A stretch of DNA of 64,000 nucleotides from NCBI GenBank assembly GCA_976551045.1, contig CDPCPM010000120.1, forward strand, positions 930,001 to 994,000, read 5' to 3'. This DNA comes from Glaucostegus cemiculus (Eukaryota). The notes beneath the pieces were generated by a model that saw only the letters and a list, made by a program, of their open reading frames with translations, was not told the origin of the DNA and ran no database searches. Below are positions 1-14,554 of the stretch, one piece after another. The translations under genes and the position numbers were made by a program. The stretch's first letter is position 1. Each line of letters begins with the position of its first letter.

Positions 1-3000
1 AGGGAGAGGAAGATTATATGTAGCTTTCTGGGACAGTGAGACAGAACTATTAGTAACAGCCAGGTCAGACTATGGCTCGAGCAAGAGGAGCAGATGTAAG
101 AATGCTGAAAATCCTGTCGTGTGGCCTCGCAACTACACCATACAGTAATCCTTCACTATTATGAGCGTAATAAATGCTGTTCAACACAACAGACAGACAG
201 TAGAGGAAACAGGGGTAACAGTTTGAGACAACTGAGTTTCCTTAACTCCCTAATATAAAAAAAATGGGGATGATTCTCCCGAGGAGCTGTTACAACTTGT
301 GCCTAGTTTGAAGGGACTAGTTAAACTAGTGCCTGCTGGTCAAAGCCGGCAGTTGATAGTTTGATCACTTCGTTAATTATTCTGATTTCAAGTAAAAACC
401 AACAGCTGCCTTCCACTTATAGTCGGCTGCAATTCAGCATATGCCTTCGAAGTTCTTCGGGCTGCTTCAGTTAATGCTTCCCCCTCCATTCCTCTTATAT
501 GATTCTGAAAGTTGTTGAAAAGAATGAAGACACTTGTCAACAAGAGAGAACTTGAGGTTTATCAAATCTGTTTCAGACCTATTATATATCCAGCTCAAAG
601 GCTAATGACCTGCTGGTGTGCGCAACAATTTAGTCAGCATTACTCGAGTTGGTAATGATCACAATGGTTGAACATCAGTATTGTCATGCTAATAACAAAG
701 AGACATAAAAGATCAGTAGCCTCAGCCACGATATGGTAGAACAGTTGCTCTTTTATTATCTTTTGTAATAAAAGATAATTTGATAGAAACCAATGCGTCG
801 GAGCTCTTGCACATTACCAATTTTTTATTGCTGTAAGCTGAGCTAGCTGATGAACAGCCTCCAGGGAGGAGTCAGGATCACTTTAGACTTCCTGTTAGGC
901 CAGACTGGGAAAACCACTAATGAAAGAAAAGAAGCAAATGCTGTTAGCTCAGGTCAGCGGTAATAGGTAAGAACTCAAATATATGTTATGCATGCATGTT
1001 CAAAAATATTTTGTTTATTACCCCCTTTAATGTCTTTTATTTTATGTCATTGGAATGACAGTTTGTGAGCTGTTTCTTTAATACTGAAGTGCACTTAAGA
1101 TATAAATTGAGTTTATACAAAATTACATTTGTTTTAGCTGGCTAACCCTTACCCAAATCACCATTTGCATTTATAGATCCACAGAGACTGCAGTAAGTTA
1201 GGTTCATCCAGATCTAAACTAAATGCAGTTTCCCAAGGGTTTATCAAAGAATTGCTCCAAGTCAGTAGGGTGCTAAGCAGCTTGTCTGATGTGTGTGCTG
1301 ACTTTCTGCACTAGACGTAGAAAGGCTCCTCAGCTTTATAGCTACACAGCTATGATGAATGGTTGGATCATTCTAGGCTTTTAAACCTTGATATTCCCCA
1401 ATAGAAACATAATCTTCTGAAATTTAATCCTTCTGTATCTAAGGACTTTGGCTTATGTGCATCCCCTTCATGAGTCTCCCAAGGATCAGATGTACCATGC
1501 CCAGGAATACAAATTTTCATTGCCTAATACCACTTAATTCCAACTCCCACCCTCCACTGACATTAAATGGTTCCTATTTAGCACAAGGACAACCATTGCA
1601 TTTCCATCAGAGGAAACGATAACATAAAACCTTCATTTTGTGAGGATAGAATTTTACCAATAGTGATCAGGTCCACCTTCTTCTGTCCTTTCCCTAAATC
1701 AGTTACAAAATAAGCCAGTATAATAGTATCCTGTGACATTATACAAATGATGCCGTTATCATGGCACCCAGAATAACATCATATTTGGTTTGCAATCCCA
1801 AATTCCTGTTGTGATTATAAGAATTCAGGATTAAATTTTGCAAATCCTGCTGATTACTGGGATTATTATTTGCCATTACCTAGATGTTTTTTTCTGACTT
1901 CTGCTTTGCTGTTGACAAGCTTTGGGATTCATTACTAGAGACAAGTGTCACAAGTTCAAAGCTTCTGTACCGGGATAATCTGACAAGGATTTAAAACTGT
2001 TTCGGCAATAATTTGCATCTGGAATTCCTGAAGCATGTGGTGAGCATTGCTTTGCCTAAAGCTCCTCATCACAATCACCGGCAGTCTTCTCCACCAGCTC
2101 TAAGGCCTTCTCTTAACTGTGCCTCTCTCACAACATCTCTACGCTCTGGCCTCTCTCTATCTCGGCCTCTCTGATCCAGGTTTTTCTTGCATGCTGCTTC
2201 TTTCTACGGCGCCTCCATTCTCACTGACCAGCACCTCTCTCCTGTGTTAGCTTCTGGTTCTGGCTGCTCATCAACCAGTGAACATACGTACATAAGGCAG
2301 CACCATCCCCAGCAACTGGATAAACCTCATCCTTGCCATTTTGCCATTTCTGAAATTGTGGGATGTTTTAGTCTGTACATTTCAGCATTGTGGCTTTGTT
2401 GCCAAGGCTACACTTATAGAATAAGGGTTTTCAAATCCTTCTGCCAAGAACAAATTTGTACAATTTCAAGCGCATGCCAGATATCATTGAGTTCACATAA
2501 TAGTTAAAGATTGGAATGGTCTATATTTGGCTAAATTTTGCTGAATTTAGGTTCACTGCTGATCCCCCCCCCTACTATTTAAACATGATCACTTGCTACA
2601 CTTTGTTGCCAATTTCAGCTCAATGATCCCTGTTTGCCAACATTCATGTCAAAAGTACTAGAGTGAATTTTTTATAATTTTTCAGCCAAGTTTTTAAATA
2701 TCATTGCAGTTACCACACTCTTCGTAATGCACAGATTCAGGTTAGACTCTTGTCAATCCCAGAACTCCAAACGTACAACATAGAAACAGGTCTTTCAGCT
2801 CAAATGTCCCCTATCAATATTTGTGCTGTATACTACACATTATTAGCATTGTTGTCATCACCAGCATTTACATAGCACCTCTCATGTTGAAGAATTACCC
2901 AAGGTACATCACATTTATCTCTTTGGTTTCTCTCTGCACCTCTCCCCCACCAAACAGTCTTGACCCTATGATTTATCCAGTCACACTTCATACATTTCTT

Positions 3001-3099
3001 CAATCTATAGGATGGACTTGTTCATGAAATGGAGACACAAGAGGCTTCATACCTTGCCTCTATCCTGTCTAGCTTTGCCAGTACCTTCCCACCTACATC

Positions 3100-3847
3100 C
3101 AATACGTCCCATGCCCTCCCATTATTCTGACAACTTCCAATTCTCTGGTCCCAACTGCCTCACCTTCACCATCGGCTTCCAGTCTCTATACACCTCCATT
3201 CCCTCCTGCTTTCTGGAACAAAGACCCAACCAGTTCTCCAGTAACACTCTTGTCTGCCTGGCGGAACTTTTCCTTAACCTCAACAACTTCTCTTTCTACA
3301 CGTCAAAGGTGTAGCCATGGGCACTCGCGTGGTCCCCAGCTACATCTGACTTTTTGTTGGCCTCATGGAACAGCCCTTGTTCCAAACTTACTCTGGTGCC
3401 CCTCCCCAACTTTTTCTTTACTACATCAACGACATTCGTCAATTTTACCACCTTTGCCACCAACTTCCACCCTGCCTTCAAATTCACTTGGACTATTTCT
3501 GACACTTCTCTTCCTTTTCCGGATCTCTCTGACTCTATCTCAGGAAATAAATTATCCACCAATATCGACTATAAACAGACGGACTCCCACGTCCAATTCG
3601 ACTACACCTGCTCCCACCCTGCCTCTTGTAAGGTCCCTTAATTCCTGTCTCTCAGTTTCTCTCTCTGCACCGCATCTGTTCTCAAGATGAGGCTTTCCAC
3701 TCTAGGACTTTTGAAATGTCCTCCATCTTCCGGAAATGTGGCTTCCCCTCTGCCATAATTGATGGAACCCTCACACACATTTCCTCCATTTTCCACATGT
3801 CTGCTCTCACCCTGGCCCCCACCCCACCCACCCACAGACAGAACAGA
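3100..3847 (+). mobile_element. Penelope-like element, decayed RT region (5' part)
   Basis: Translated fragments LAELFLNLNNFSF, KGVAMGTRVVPSYI*LFVGLMEQ and NFHPAFKFTWTISDTSLPF...YKQTDSH..DY..SHP are typical of Penelope RT. Contains stops and frameshifts. Confidence 0.85.
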
Positions 3848-4437
3848 GTGGCTCCAGCATCTTCTGTTTTTGCTTTAGATTCCCAGCATCTGCAGTTGTT
3901 TTGATTTTCACTGGAGAAACAAAGGACTGCAGATGCTGGAACCTAGATGAAAAACACATTGATGCTGGAGGTACTCAGCAGGCCAGGCAGCATCCATGGA
4001 GAAAAGCAAGTGGTCAGTGTTTTGGGTCAGGACCCTGATTTTCACTTACTTGTTGAATTCACTGCCGCTTCTGTTGTGGGAATGCCTGACCTGAAGCAGT
4101 TCTACTCTGCTCTCCGATGGGACTTCCGTCTGTCTCTGTTGCCTTCATCCCCTCCGTGGTGTCCCTTTCCCTTCTTGACTTTGATAAGGTGTTGACCAGA
4201 ACTAGAGATGTGGCCTGACCAGTAGAGTGTTCATTTTCTGTTTTTGTTTTAGATTCCCAGCAGTTGAAATACATTTGAATGAGTACATGGATGGGAGGAG
4301 TTTAGAGGGATATGGGCTAAACCTGGGCAAATGGGACTAGCTTGGTGGGCACCATGGTCGGCATGGACGAGTTGGGCCGAAAGGCCTGTTTCCACGCTCT
4401 ATTACTCTATGACTCTATCTGCAGTTTTTTGATTCTC
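3848..4437. mobile_element. Composite insertion of Penelope terminal fragments (inverted pair plus a third copy), flanked by the direct repeat ACAGAACAGA
   Basis: ttcccagcatctgcag faces ctgcagatgctgga at 3851-3970. ACAGAACAGA occurs at 3838-3847 and 4438-4447. Confidence 0.7.
4263..4418 (+). mobile_element. CR1 LINE 3' end
   Basis: gagggatatggg...ggcaaatgggactag...gttgggccgaaaggcctgtttcc followed by a tactctat-gactctat tail. Confidence 0.85.
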
Positions 4438-5280
4438 ACAGAACAGAAGTAGAGGTATTCACCTTTCACCCTACTAGGCTCCACATCCAGCATATCATTA
4501 TTCGCCTCTTCTGCCAGCTCCAACAGGATCCCACCATCAGTCATATCTTTCCCTGTCCACCCCCCTCCCTTACTACTTTCTGTGGTAACCACTCTCTTCA
4601 TGACTCCCTGGTCCACCCCTCCGTCTCCAGGCGGCTTCCCCTGCGACCGTAGGTGGTGCGACACTTGTCCCTCACCACCATCCAGGTGAGGCAGAGACTC
4701 ACGTGCACCTCCCCCAAACCCTGGCTTTCGGTGCTTGCGATGTGGCCTCCTCTACGTCAGCGGAGCACCTGTGCTCTTGTCCGCAGTGGCCATTTCGAGC
4801 TTGCACTTCAGCTCCCTTTTCCATTCCCACAGCCGCATGTCTGTCCTCGGCCTTTTCCATTGCCATGCTGAGGTAAACTGCATTGGGTGGCCTACAGCCC
4901 AGTGGCATCAACACTGAATTTTCCAGCTTCAGGTAACCCACGCCCCCTGTGTTCCTTTCCCACTGCCACCACTGCACCCAGGTTCTCCCTCCCTTTGTTC
5001 ACCTTTTCCACCCCTCCCCCCATCATTACCAAGGCTCATTACCCTCCTCCATCTTCCCACCACCCACAGACCTATCTACCTTGGTTCCTTCTCCCTTGAT
5101 CCACCTTTTCTATCCCTTCCCCACCAGGCTCACCATCCCTCCCTTATCTGGTTTCACCTATCACCTACCAGCCTCTGCCTCACTCCTCACTGTCACCTCT
5201 TTATACTTGCTGTCTTCCCTCTGAACTCTCAGTCCTAATATAGGGCCTTGACCATCCCTTTGCCTCCACAGATGCTGCTT
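4438..5280 (+). mobile_element. Penelope-like element, 3' part (decayed GIY-YIG endonuclease and terminal region)
   Basis: QVRQRLTCTS...RCLRCGLLYVSG, a pyrimidine-rich tail, and terminal ccacagatgctgc. Confidence 0.8.
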
Positions 5281-8200
5281 TACTTCATCACAAACTGTTG
5301 GCTTGTCCTCACGTGAGAGGGGTGCCTTGTTATGGGCAAACATTGCGGGTTTTCATTATGTCGAAGCTCCAGTTATGTCGCAGACCAAGATCATAAAAAA
5401 AACCTTAGCTATCAAGTCTGCAGTGTAATCCCATGATCACCTTGTATAGGTGGAAAGTCTACTCCTTTTATTAGTTTCATACTGGTTAAGCAGCTGAATG
5501 GGTGAAACATTACATCTGTGGGCCAGTTGTTACCTGTGAAGGAACTTCTGGTCTTATTTTAATAAGTAAAAGTTGTAAACAGACATTGGGAGTATTCTGT
5601 TGGTAGGACTATGACACTTTTCACTGAAACTGGCTTGGTGGTGATATTTCGATCTTTTTTGTTGACAGTCCATTGTTCTGTGGTATGACTGTGTTCTTTA
5701 TTTGATGGGCTGAATACAAAGATTTCTGATGGAACGCCTTGTAACCACTGACTTGAGACAATTCATCTGGAAACCACTCATCTATTTGTGGTTTCTGCAG
5801 GCTTTTCTATGAAATTAAGATAAGTGGATTCCTTATGTGCATGACTTGTAAACAAAAATAATGAACCCTCTTTCGAGGAAAGAGTTTGATCTACAATTAG
5901 TACAAAAATAGATCAAGCTCTAACTCAGGAGCATAACAACCATCTCCGGATAAAGTTTGCTGTGTGAGTATTATATCCTGCTTTACAGTCCGTAGACATG
6001 CTGAAATCATAGCTCCAGAACTCATGGCCAGGATACTGGTGTTTGCTGTGTTCTGCTGGCATGTAATAACTCGATCTGCTTTGTGCAGACAAAATATATT
6101 AAAAGTATGGAAGAGTGAAGTTTGTGCCCCAGGGAGAAGGAGAGATAATGCATTGAAATTGTTCAGAGGTAGTTAGATGCCTAATGGTCTAATATGTGAG
6201 CTATGTGAGGTCCACTGTCTGACTCTCATAAATTCTGGCTACACTGATCCAGTAATTTAGGGGACAGGATGGAACTGTCATCTCTGGTCATCAGTGCTTG
6301 GGATCTATTATGCTGATTCCTTCTATTGAGTGTTTTTTCTCAGTTTTGTTTAAAGTGAGGAGCAGTAGGTGGTTTAAACTAGTCTGTATTCCTTTTCTCC
6401 TGCGGATAATCTTTCCCCTTGCACCTTTTTTATTCCAACTGCTGGAGAGAAAGGCATTTACCGTGAGGTTTGTTAGAAGCCACAGAGTGTCCCTGTTAAA
6501 CTGCATCCACAAAGTGGGTTTTAAGTGTGGTTGTAAGGGACGGTTACGGTTACACCCTCCACTTGTTCTGGTGTTGCCCCAGTGAATTTGCTACTTATAC
6601 TGAATTAGCAGTATCTGCAAAATTGGCAGAGTTCCACCACATATTTAGTATTAGTGTGGTGTGAAAGATCGTACCACATGAACATCAAACATGCAGCGTA
6701 ACTGGGACACAAGGTATTTGGTTGTAATCAATTTTGCACACAGTATTTTAATCTTCATCTGAGTTTGGGTCCAAGTGTGCTAACAAACTATTTTGTCATG
6801 CATAGCAAAATGCATTTCAAGTGTGATTGGTTGTTAAGATTGTAAGTGGAAAGTTTCAGCATTAAGTAAATCTAATTCTGACAATGTTTTCATGTGATGC
6901 ATTTTTTTTTCAAATCTTACACTAAAAAGTTGTGGTTATTTTGTGGAGTATAAAACCATGATATAAGGCCAATTTCTTCTTGCCTTTGTGAGGTAGAGTT
7001 TGCTTGATTTATCTGGATTTGCCTCTGCAGAGGATCTCTGGTTTACAATGTGTGCACAAGCCATTAAATTGGTGTTGATGTTTATTCAGAGGGCTTGCTG
7101 ATTGCATGTACTATGCATTTCCATGAATTTATGACAGAGCAGCAATTTGTAGAATATCACATCTTCAGTAAAAAATTCACTTTTGTGAGAGGTGCATGCT
7201 CTGGCAATAAGTGGGTATTTGAATCTCCCCACATTATACATGGATTAGCACATTGGGAAATGACAAAAACTTACCTTAACTTCACTGATCGCACTTAGTA
7301 GAATGCTGTCAACATATCAGCTCAAAATTTGGCAGGCCACAGGCTCATCTTGGAAGGCAAATTGATGAAAAACATTGCAATAGACTTGCACCAACTCAGT
7401 GAACATAAATTAATGGTGTACCAAACCAGCATCTGGCTGAAAGCCAGAGGAAAACAGCAGCGAAGCCAGCTATTGTTGAGGGGGCAGCAACTGTTTTCTG
7501 TGGGGGAACCCTGTTCACAGTAACATTACACAGCTACTGGCTTATGATCCCAGCCTTTGAAGTGTAAGAAATGATAACTGTTTTATTTCTCTAGACACAC
7601 CATCACGATGGCCTTTCATTGGAGCTTCCATAATTGTTATTGTGCAGCCTGTAAGCCCTGGTGAAGCAGCAAGCAAGTACAGCTACTTGCTGCAATTTGA
7701 ATGCCTGTGCTTTGCTCTCTCTCCATGTTTAGTAGTACACGTCTGTGAGCCCAAGTGAGTCATGCAGCATTCCTGCCTGTTTTGGCTGCTGTCAGGAAGT
7801 AGTAACACTTAGATCCACATCCAGTGCAGCTTAAATTGACTACACAATTAATCTTGTGCAAAAAATTTCCAATGTGGAATCCAATAGAAAGTATTTAGTG
7901 TAAAATCATGTTCAGCTATTGCTAGCAAGAAGACCAAGGGGTAGAGTTTTGAATTTGTAAAATGAAAAATGAAAATTAGTATGTGGTTAAAATACATACT
8001 CTTTTGTAGCTACCAGTTCACACCCCTGCGAAAGCTTCATCAATGCAGAGTGGTTTCAGGACAGCCAAACCTATGACCTGTGTCCTTAATTCACCACAGT
8101 CTGGTTCCACAGTGATGAAGTGATCCATCATCATTGTTACTATATTCTAGCATGTATTCCACTGGGAAACCTCAATTGCTACAGGATGGCTATGCCAGAA

Positions 8201-9083
8201 ATGACTGAATTAGAGATTTCAAATGGCCATATACATAGTATAACTGCATTACCTCAAGATGCCTTGCTTCTCCTACAATAGTTAGTCTTGGTTTTATACT
8301 GACACTTCATTGTCATCTGTACTGGCTTCAATGCAGAGAGAGTTAATATTGATGGATTAGATGGAAAAGGGAAATGCATATTTTGACAACACATAATAAC
8401 TAGTATGTTTGTGGCTGCAGTCTTGAGCCACTAGAGGTTTACTAAGAAATGATTCCAAAACATGCATTTCACCCATTCAAAATTATCATGTAAGCCTTTT
8501 GATTTCACTCCGTACTCCTACTGCACAACATCCTTGTTGTTTTTATGAACCATTAATTATCTTCATTACTGAGTGTAAAATAAAGGACAATCACATTGTT
8601 TGGATGAATTCTGGTGTTAGGAAGCATATTTATCACTGTGGCATAGTGCAGCACCTGACAGCCAAGGATTGATGACCAAGAGTAGTCCAAGAGGCTAAGG
8701 CAGCCTTATACAATGCAAATTACCAACTGTGAATTTAGATTCATCCTATTCATTTCATTCGCCTCTGCTGAAAACTATTAGTGGTTTAGTAGTAGCAAGG
8801 GGTCATTACTAATATGGACAAGGTAAGATGAGGAAAGCCTCCTGCAATTACATGGCTTTCAAAAGGGCTGGAGGCTGATCCAAAAAAGTGTCAACACCCA
8901 GCAATCAAAATAATTTATTTCATTTTAAAAAAATCCATATTAGATGAGCATTACTTTCTTTCCTTGCAGAGATATTTTTTTAATGAAACACTGTCCTTCT
9001 GTAGTTAGAGTGAATTTAATCAGTGCCAGCTTTTGTTTTGTGGTTCCAAGCTTCTCATGACCGATGCTTATTATTTTGTGCAG

Positions 9084-9160
9084 CATCCGTACCCATCAGA
9101 GGAGCAGAAGAAACAGTTAGCCCAAGACACGGGACTCACGATCCTACAAGTGAACAACTG
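9084..9160 (+). CDS. MEIS2: MEIS2 homeodomain exon (77 nt): [25 protein letters not shown](W)
   Basis: Acceptor ttttgtgcag|CATCCG and donor AACTG|gtgagt. Contains the TALE PYP loop. Too short to appear in the ORF track. Confidence 0.97.
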
Positions 9161-9884
9161 GTGAGTGACTTGTCCTGGCTTTTATTTTCTCTCTGAAGGG
9201 GTGCTTTGCTTTGTAACTAACCCCCTTTTTTTGGAGATTCAGAAGTATTTAGCACACAAACATGCAACTTTGGTTATGGTATGCTGGATAGAAGGTTTCG
9301 CATTGTCCCGTCTCAAAATTGTATTTAGAATAGGATATTGATTTTCCTTTTTGATCATGTTTTTAAAAGTATACATTTTTTCCCATTTTACATGTGTGAT
9401 ATGATGGATTACTGCCACGGCAGTAATACTAGTTGTCCCTTTGTAGATGGCTTAACACATAACTTTGAATGGTAGTGGGGGAGATGTGGGGAGGTTGGAT
9501 TAAATGAAATGATCACAGTACCAAAGAAATGATACAGGAATTACTTATCAAAATACTGGCCCGGGCTTTATCTGCAGCTTAATTTTGTTCAGTACATTCT
9601 CGGGTGATGTTCAGATTAATTGAACTGACAGTTTCCTTTCAAAATTCAGGGAAGGTATTTGCACGGATTTCAGGTCTTATACAAACTTAATTACATGGAA
9701 CCCCATTTTATCATTATAATTCCATGTAGCAGAGGTTGTATTTACAAATGAGAAGACTTTCCTTTTATTCGCAGCTTTCCTTAATATATTTATCAAAGCA
9801 GGTTCATTTACAAAGTGCTCTATCTGTGGGATACAGGCAGGCAGACATTAACGAAGCTTTTAGGTTTATCGGACTCCGTGCCTG

Positions 9885-10142
9885 NNNNNNNNNNNNNNNN
9901 NNNNNNNNNNNNNNNNNNNNNNNNNNNNNNNNNNNNNNNNNNNNNNNNNNNNNNNNNNNNNNNNNNNNNNNNNNNNNNNNNNNNNNNNNNNNNNNNNNNN
10001 NNNNNNNNNNNNNNNNNNNNNNNNNNNNNNNNNNNNNNNNNNNNNNNNNNNNNNNNNNNNNNNNNNNNNNNNNNNNNNNNNNNNNNNNNNNNNNNNNNNN
10101 NNNNNNNNNNNNNNNNNNNNNNNNNNNNNNNNNNNNNNNNNN
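9885..10142. other. Assembly gap (258 N)
   Basis: Run of N. Confidence 1.
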
Positions 10143-11644
10143 GCTAGCACTATGCAAAAGGCAATGTGCCTAGCTACAGAGCAGAAAATTGAGTTGCTTA
10201 TATTCTGTCAGGTTGACTTATGCAGAAATAAACTGCTGTATTGAAGATCAAAAAAATACTGAATTGTTTTAAATCAAAATAACACATTTCATGGAATTCA
10301 ATAATTGTATCTCTCTTTGTAATGGTATCATGAAACCAGTGAGTTAGATAACATTTAAAGCAATTGAGTATTTTAATTTTGCCAGTTTATGTTATGCTAG
10401 ATATGGTACATTTTGTACCAAATTAATAATTTAATATTTCCTAAAGAACTGACAATGTTAAGAGCTCAGCCACTCAAACATCAAAAGCTTCACAGTGATC
10501 AGCTGACATTGTCATTTTTGAAACAAGAATTAGATGTACAGTCTAGATTGCCAGGTGGAAAGTCAAAGGTGGTGCAAGGGTCTACATTTGTAAACACTGG
10601 ACATGTGGTATCAAGTGCTAGATCATGGTCCCATTAGACATCATAAAGTATAGGGATTGCATGCTTCTTTTAAAAATGGAAAGAGGCTCCTAAATAGCTT
10701 TAAAAAAAATCATTCAAATTAAGTTCTTGTTTCTCAAGCTGAAGAGTGTTTTGCAGAAGTGCTCTGATCAATTTGAAGAGCTTTCATATTTGATATCAGG
10801 AAATTAATGGTCAGTGCCAGTGGACTGATGCAGTCGTTTTTAGTTTCAAGCAGCCACATGAAAGGGGATGCTGAATCATTCCTTTGTCTCAGCAGCACAA
10901 TCAAGGCTTGGAGAGGTCAGAAGGAAGCTCTGTTTTGATATCGCAAGTGGCGCATCATTCTCAGACAGCTGAAACCGTGTTTGCGATTCCTTAGCATTTA
11001 CTTAATTTTCAATTGTGAGAGGCAATAAAAAGGAATATTGGGCAATGTTCAGGATAAAGTGGTTAGAAATGTTGCAAAGGCTTCTAAGCAATATTAAAGA
11101 GCAAGATAAAAGACTACTTTATGTATAATGAGCAGCATTTTTACCTTTGTCTTTTGTTTCAGTTCTAAATTTAGAAAGAAAGATTTACTTAATTCTCTGG
11201 GGTGTGCTCACTTAGGGGAATCTTAGTACTATATGGGATTTTAAATCACATGATACCTGAAGACTGAGGTTTTCCTCTGTAGTGTCAAATTACTGTTTCT
11301 TTTTAAGTTTATCTGATTGTTGTGAAAACATCTTTGGATTCAGTTGTGACTCATGGGAAAATATTGTGGTGGCTTTTGGCAAGAATCAGTGTTTAATGGC
11401 ATATGGTGTGAAATTTATCTTATCCTATATGATGAATGATGGCAGACACCAAATTTTGCATTAATGTACAGATTCAGTTTATCTTTCTGGGTTATGTATT
11501 GAATACAACAGAGTATAAACTGCATATTGTGCAATTGAAATTTTTAAAAAGCTGGCAATTTTATTTCTCTCTCTTAATGCTAGCAGAATTGATAATGTTC
11601 TAAAATGGGTTTGTGCATGACACAAAGAGATAGGAGGTTTTACT

Positions 11645-12200
11645 TATTAATTCATTGTGTATTTGCCCAACCCTAACTGCCCTTGAAAATGTGATAGTAA
11701 CCACTTTCCTGAACCACTGCAGTCTTTATGGTGAGGGTACTCCCAGAGAGCTGTTGGGAAGGGAGTTACAGAATTTTGATCCAAGTGATGTCAGTCAAGA
11801 TGCTGTGTGACTTGTTGAGCAAGCTAGTGATGGTGGGTTTTCATGTGCCTGTTGTCCTTGTCCTTCTAGGTGGTTGATGTTGTTGATTTGAGTTGTGCCG
11901 TCAAATAAGTTGTGATGAGTTACTCCTGTGCATCTTATCGATGATGTGCATTCATCCATGGCGCACCAGTGATGGGGGAAATGAATGTTGGAAAGTGTGC
12001 CAATCAAATGGGCTGTTTTGTCCTGGAGGATGTTGAGCTTCTTGAATGTTGTTAGAGCTATATTCATCAGACATGTGGGGAGTATCCATCACACTCCTGA
12101 CTTGTGGATAGGAGGTGGTCGAAAGGCTTTGTGCAGTCAAGAGTTGATACATTCACTGCAGAACACCAATCTTCTGACCTGTTCACGTAGTCGTAGTATT
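11645..12200 (-). mobile_element. CR1/L2-superfamily LINE 3' fragment
   Basis: Minus-strand translation TTFKKLNILQDKTAHLIGTLSNIH..HH resembles an ORF2 C-terminus and is followed by 3' UTR-like sequence. Confidence 0.7.
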
Positions 12201-12225
12201 TATCTGCCTCCTCCTACACTCTCTC

Positions 12226-12244
12226 ACACACACACACACACACA
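12226..12244. repeat. (CA)n microsatellite
   Basis: Read directly. Confidence 0.9.
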
Positions 12245-12699
12245 GCTGATAATTTAACTTATGGTTACCTTTCACTGCTATATGATTTTTAATTAATACT
12301 TGATCGACGTTTAAATTTGGCATAAGTGAAGAAACCAAAGGTATTTATCATAAAACATTACTTTAAAACGTAATGTTGTATTTAATAGTTTTTTGCAATC
12401 ACCTATAAGGCTGTGATATTGCATTGGCAATTTGAAATCACTTTATTTCATTATAAAGGTAAAAAGTCCCATTTTATCCTCACGACATATAATAGAGAGT
12501 AGAAATTAATAGCCAAATTTTTCGAGATTTTTTTTTATTCTGCCCCAACAGTAGAATCTTCCCATTTCTTCAGCAGAATTACATTATCAATTATATAAAA
12601 ATGAACAATGATTGTTATTACCCAATCATTGTTAAAATATGGCCACCACTTCAATATTAATAGATGGTTACCGAAAGGATATATCAAATAATTAGCATT

Positions 12700-13420
12700 G
12701 AAAGACGGTAATAAGTAGCTTATTAAAATCCATGTGAAGGATTTCTGACCTTAGTGCTCTGAAGAATACATATCACATGACAGCGAAGTCATCTTGCAAT
12801 ATAAGCACCCTCCTTGTGCTCCCTGTTGGATCACCTGCCTATGACATTTAATAAGCTATATGTATGATTTATTGTGTGCCCTTTTGACAAGATCTGAAAA
12901 CTGAAATGTTATAGTCCTTGCTGGCATCCAGTACTGCTTTCATTATACACTCATCTAATGGAAGTGTTACATTTAGTCAAATGGATTATATGTAGAGCTG
13001 TGCAGATCTTGCACATTCCCTGTAGTCATTGTTCAGAGCATAATAAAATTATGCTATCAATTTGCTATGAGACGAACACTAGAGTTCAGTGACTTATACC
13101 CCAGCGTGTTTATACTGCAATCTGCTACATCTCCAACTTGTGATGATGCAAACAGCACATGGATTCCATTTACTGACTTCTGAACAGCAACTACAGAATT
13201 AGCCAAGTAGGAAGCCAATATATAGTGAGACATGTCACAAAAGGTTATAATAACTGCCTTAATTCTACACTAGTGTCTTGTGTGACCTGAAGGCACTGGG
13301 TAAAATTGAAACATTATGCTGATGATATGATTGGCCTCGTTTTAATAATGCTAATTGGCAGCTAAATAGGGGCTTGCATTGTTGTTGGGTTGTTGTGCTG
13401 AGTCCAGGGGTTAACCCTGA
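12700..13420. promoter_or_regulatory. Candidate intronic enhancer / conserved non-coding element
   Basis: Repeat-free. TGACAG at 12778-12783, TGATTTAT at 12865-12872, TGATTGGC at ~13329, many TAAT cores. Conservation not computed. Confidence 0.45.
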
Positions 13421-14554
13421 CTTCTTACGAGGATCTTGTAGCAACAAGTAATATTACTTCTCTTTTAAATAACACTTCTGATATCATGGTAATCACTACT
13501 TTGAGAATAGCAATCCTAATGGTGATCTGAAGGAAAAAAGGTAAAAAGTCAGTTGTTGGTTCCCGTTCCAAGTTTCCCTTGAACTGACATAATTAAAAAT
13601 GTTTTCTTTCAGAACTTGTAGCGCTTGAACTTAGCCAGTCCAGAGGACTATCGTGTTCCATTGCATCTCCTGAGCATTGCCACTTTTGAAATCTTTGCTG
13701 CATCCTGCCAACTAACTGCTCGTGTGTGCTGAGATTTGATCCATACCTCATCAAAGCTATAGCTCTCCATCCGTGAAACTCAGACCTTGTCTGCATTAGA
13801 ATTTGTTAGGGAAATGTGGCTGTCAATTTGAAGGAAAGAACAATGAAATATCTGACCAGATAATCTATTTGGTGTATTAGTTGGGGGATAAATTTTGGCC
13901 AGTTTACCAAAAGAAGTCTTACTGCATGTTTTGTATAATCCTTTATCATGTAATTTTATCAATTCCACCCGAGATAAGCTCAAATCCATAGTGTTCTGAC
14001 TGAAAGGCAAGAATATCATATTGAGCCCAAGATCAACAGCTTGTAAGGAAATAGCCAATTATTCTCATCGTTATTGTCTTTACTTCTATTGTTTATTTCT
14101 GCCATTGCTGTTGAGTTATGACCCTTAATGATGACCTCCAAAAGCCTAAGATCAGGTACCGGTATAACATTCACCTTTATCTTTCACCCTCTTTTTCCAA
14201 ACCCCAGGCTGTTCCTTCAACTGTTCGTCTGAAGGGAAGCCTTAACTGAGCCAAACATTTTATCCAAGGTCGTGCAACATCAGCAAAACTCAGTATGTTG
14301 TCTTTGATGTTGCTGGTGCTTGCATACAATTGGCTGTTGGTCTCCCCATCTCAACTGACTCCAGCAACACGAGGCCGTGCACACGGTTCAAACCCAAATG
14401 TCTGATAAAAGATCATCACCCTGAAACATTAACTTTGCTCTCCTAACTGCTGATGCTCTCTGCCTTTATATAGCACCTTTTCCAACATCAGGGTATCTGG
14501 AAAAAAAAGTCACAGTCAGTCATTGTTGTGAAGGACATGTGACAGTTAACTGCA

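Noticed and set aside
9736-10173. Several ORFs of 94-145 aa
   Set aside because: Artefacts of translating through the N gap.
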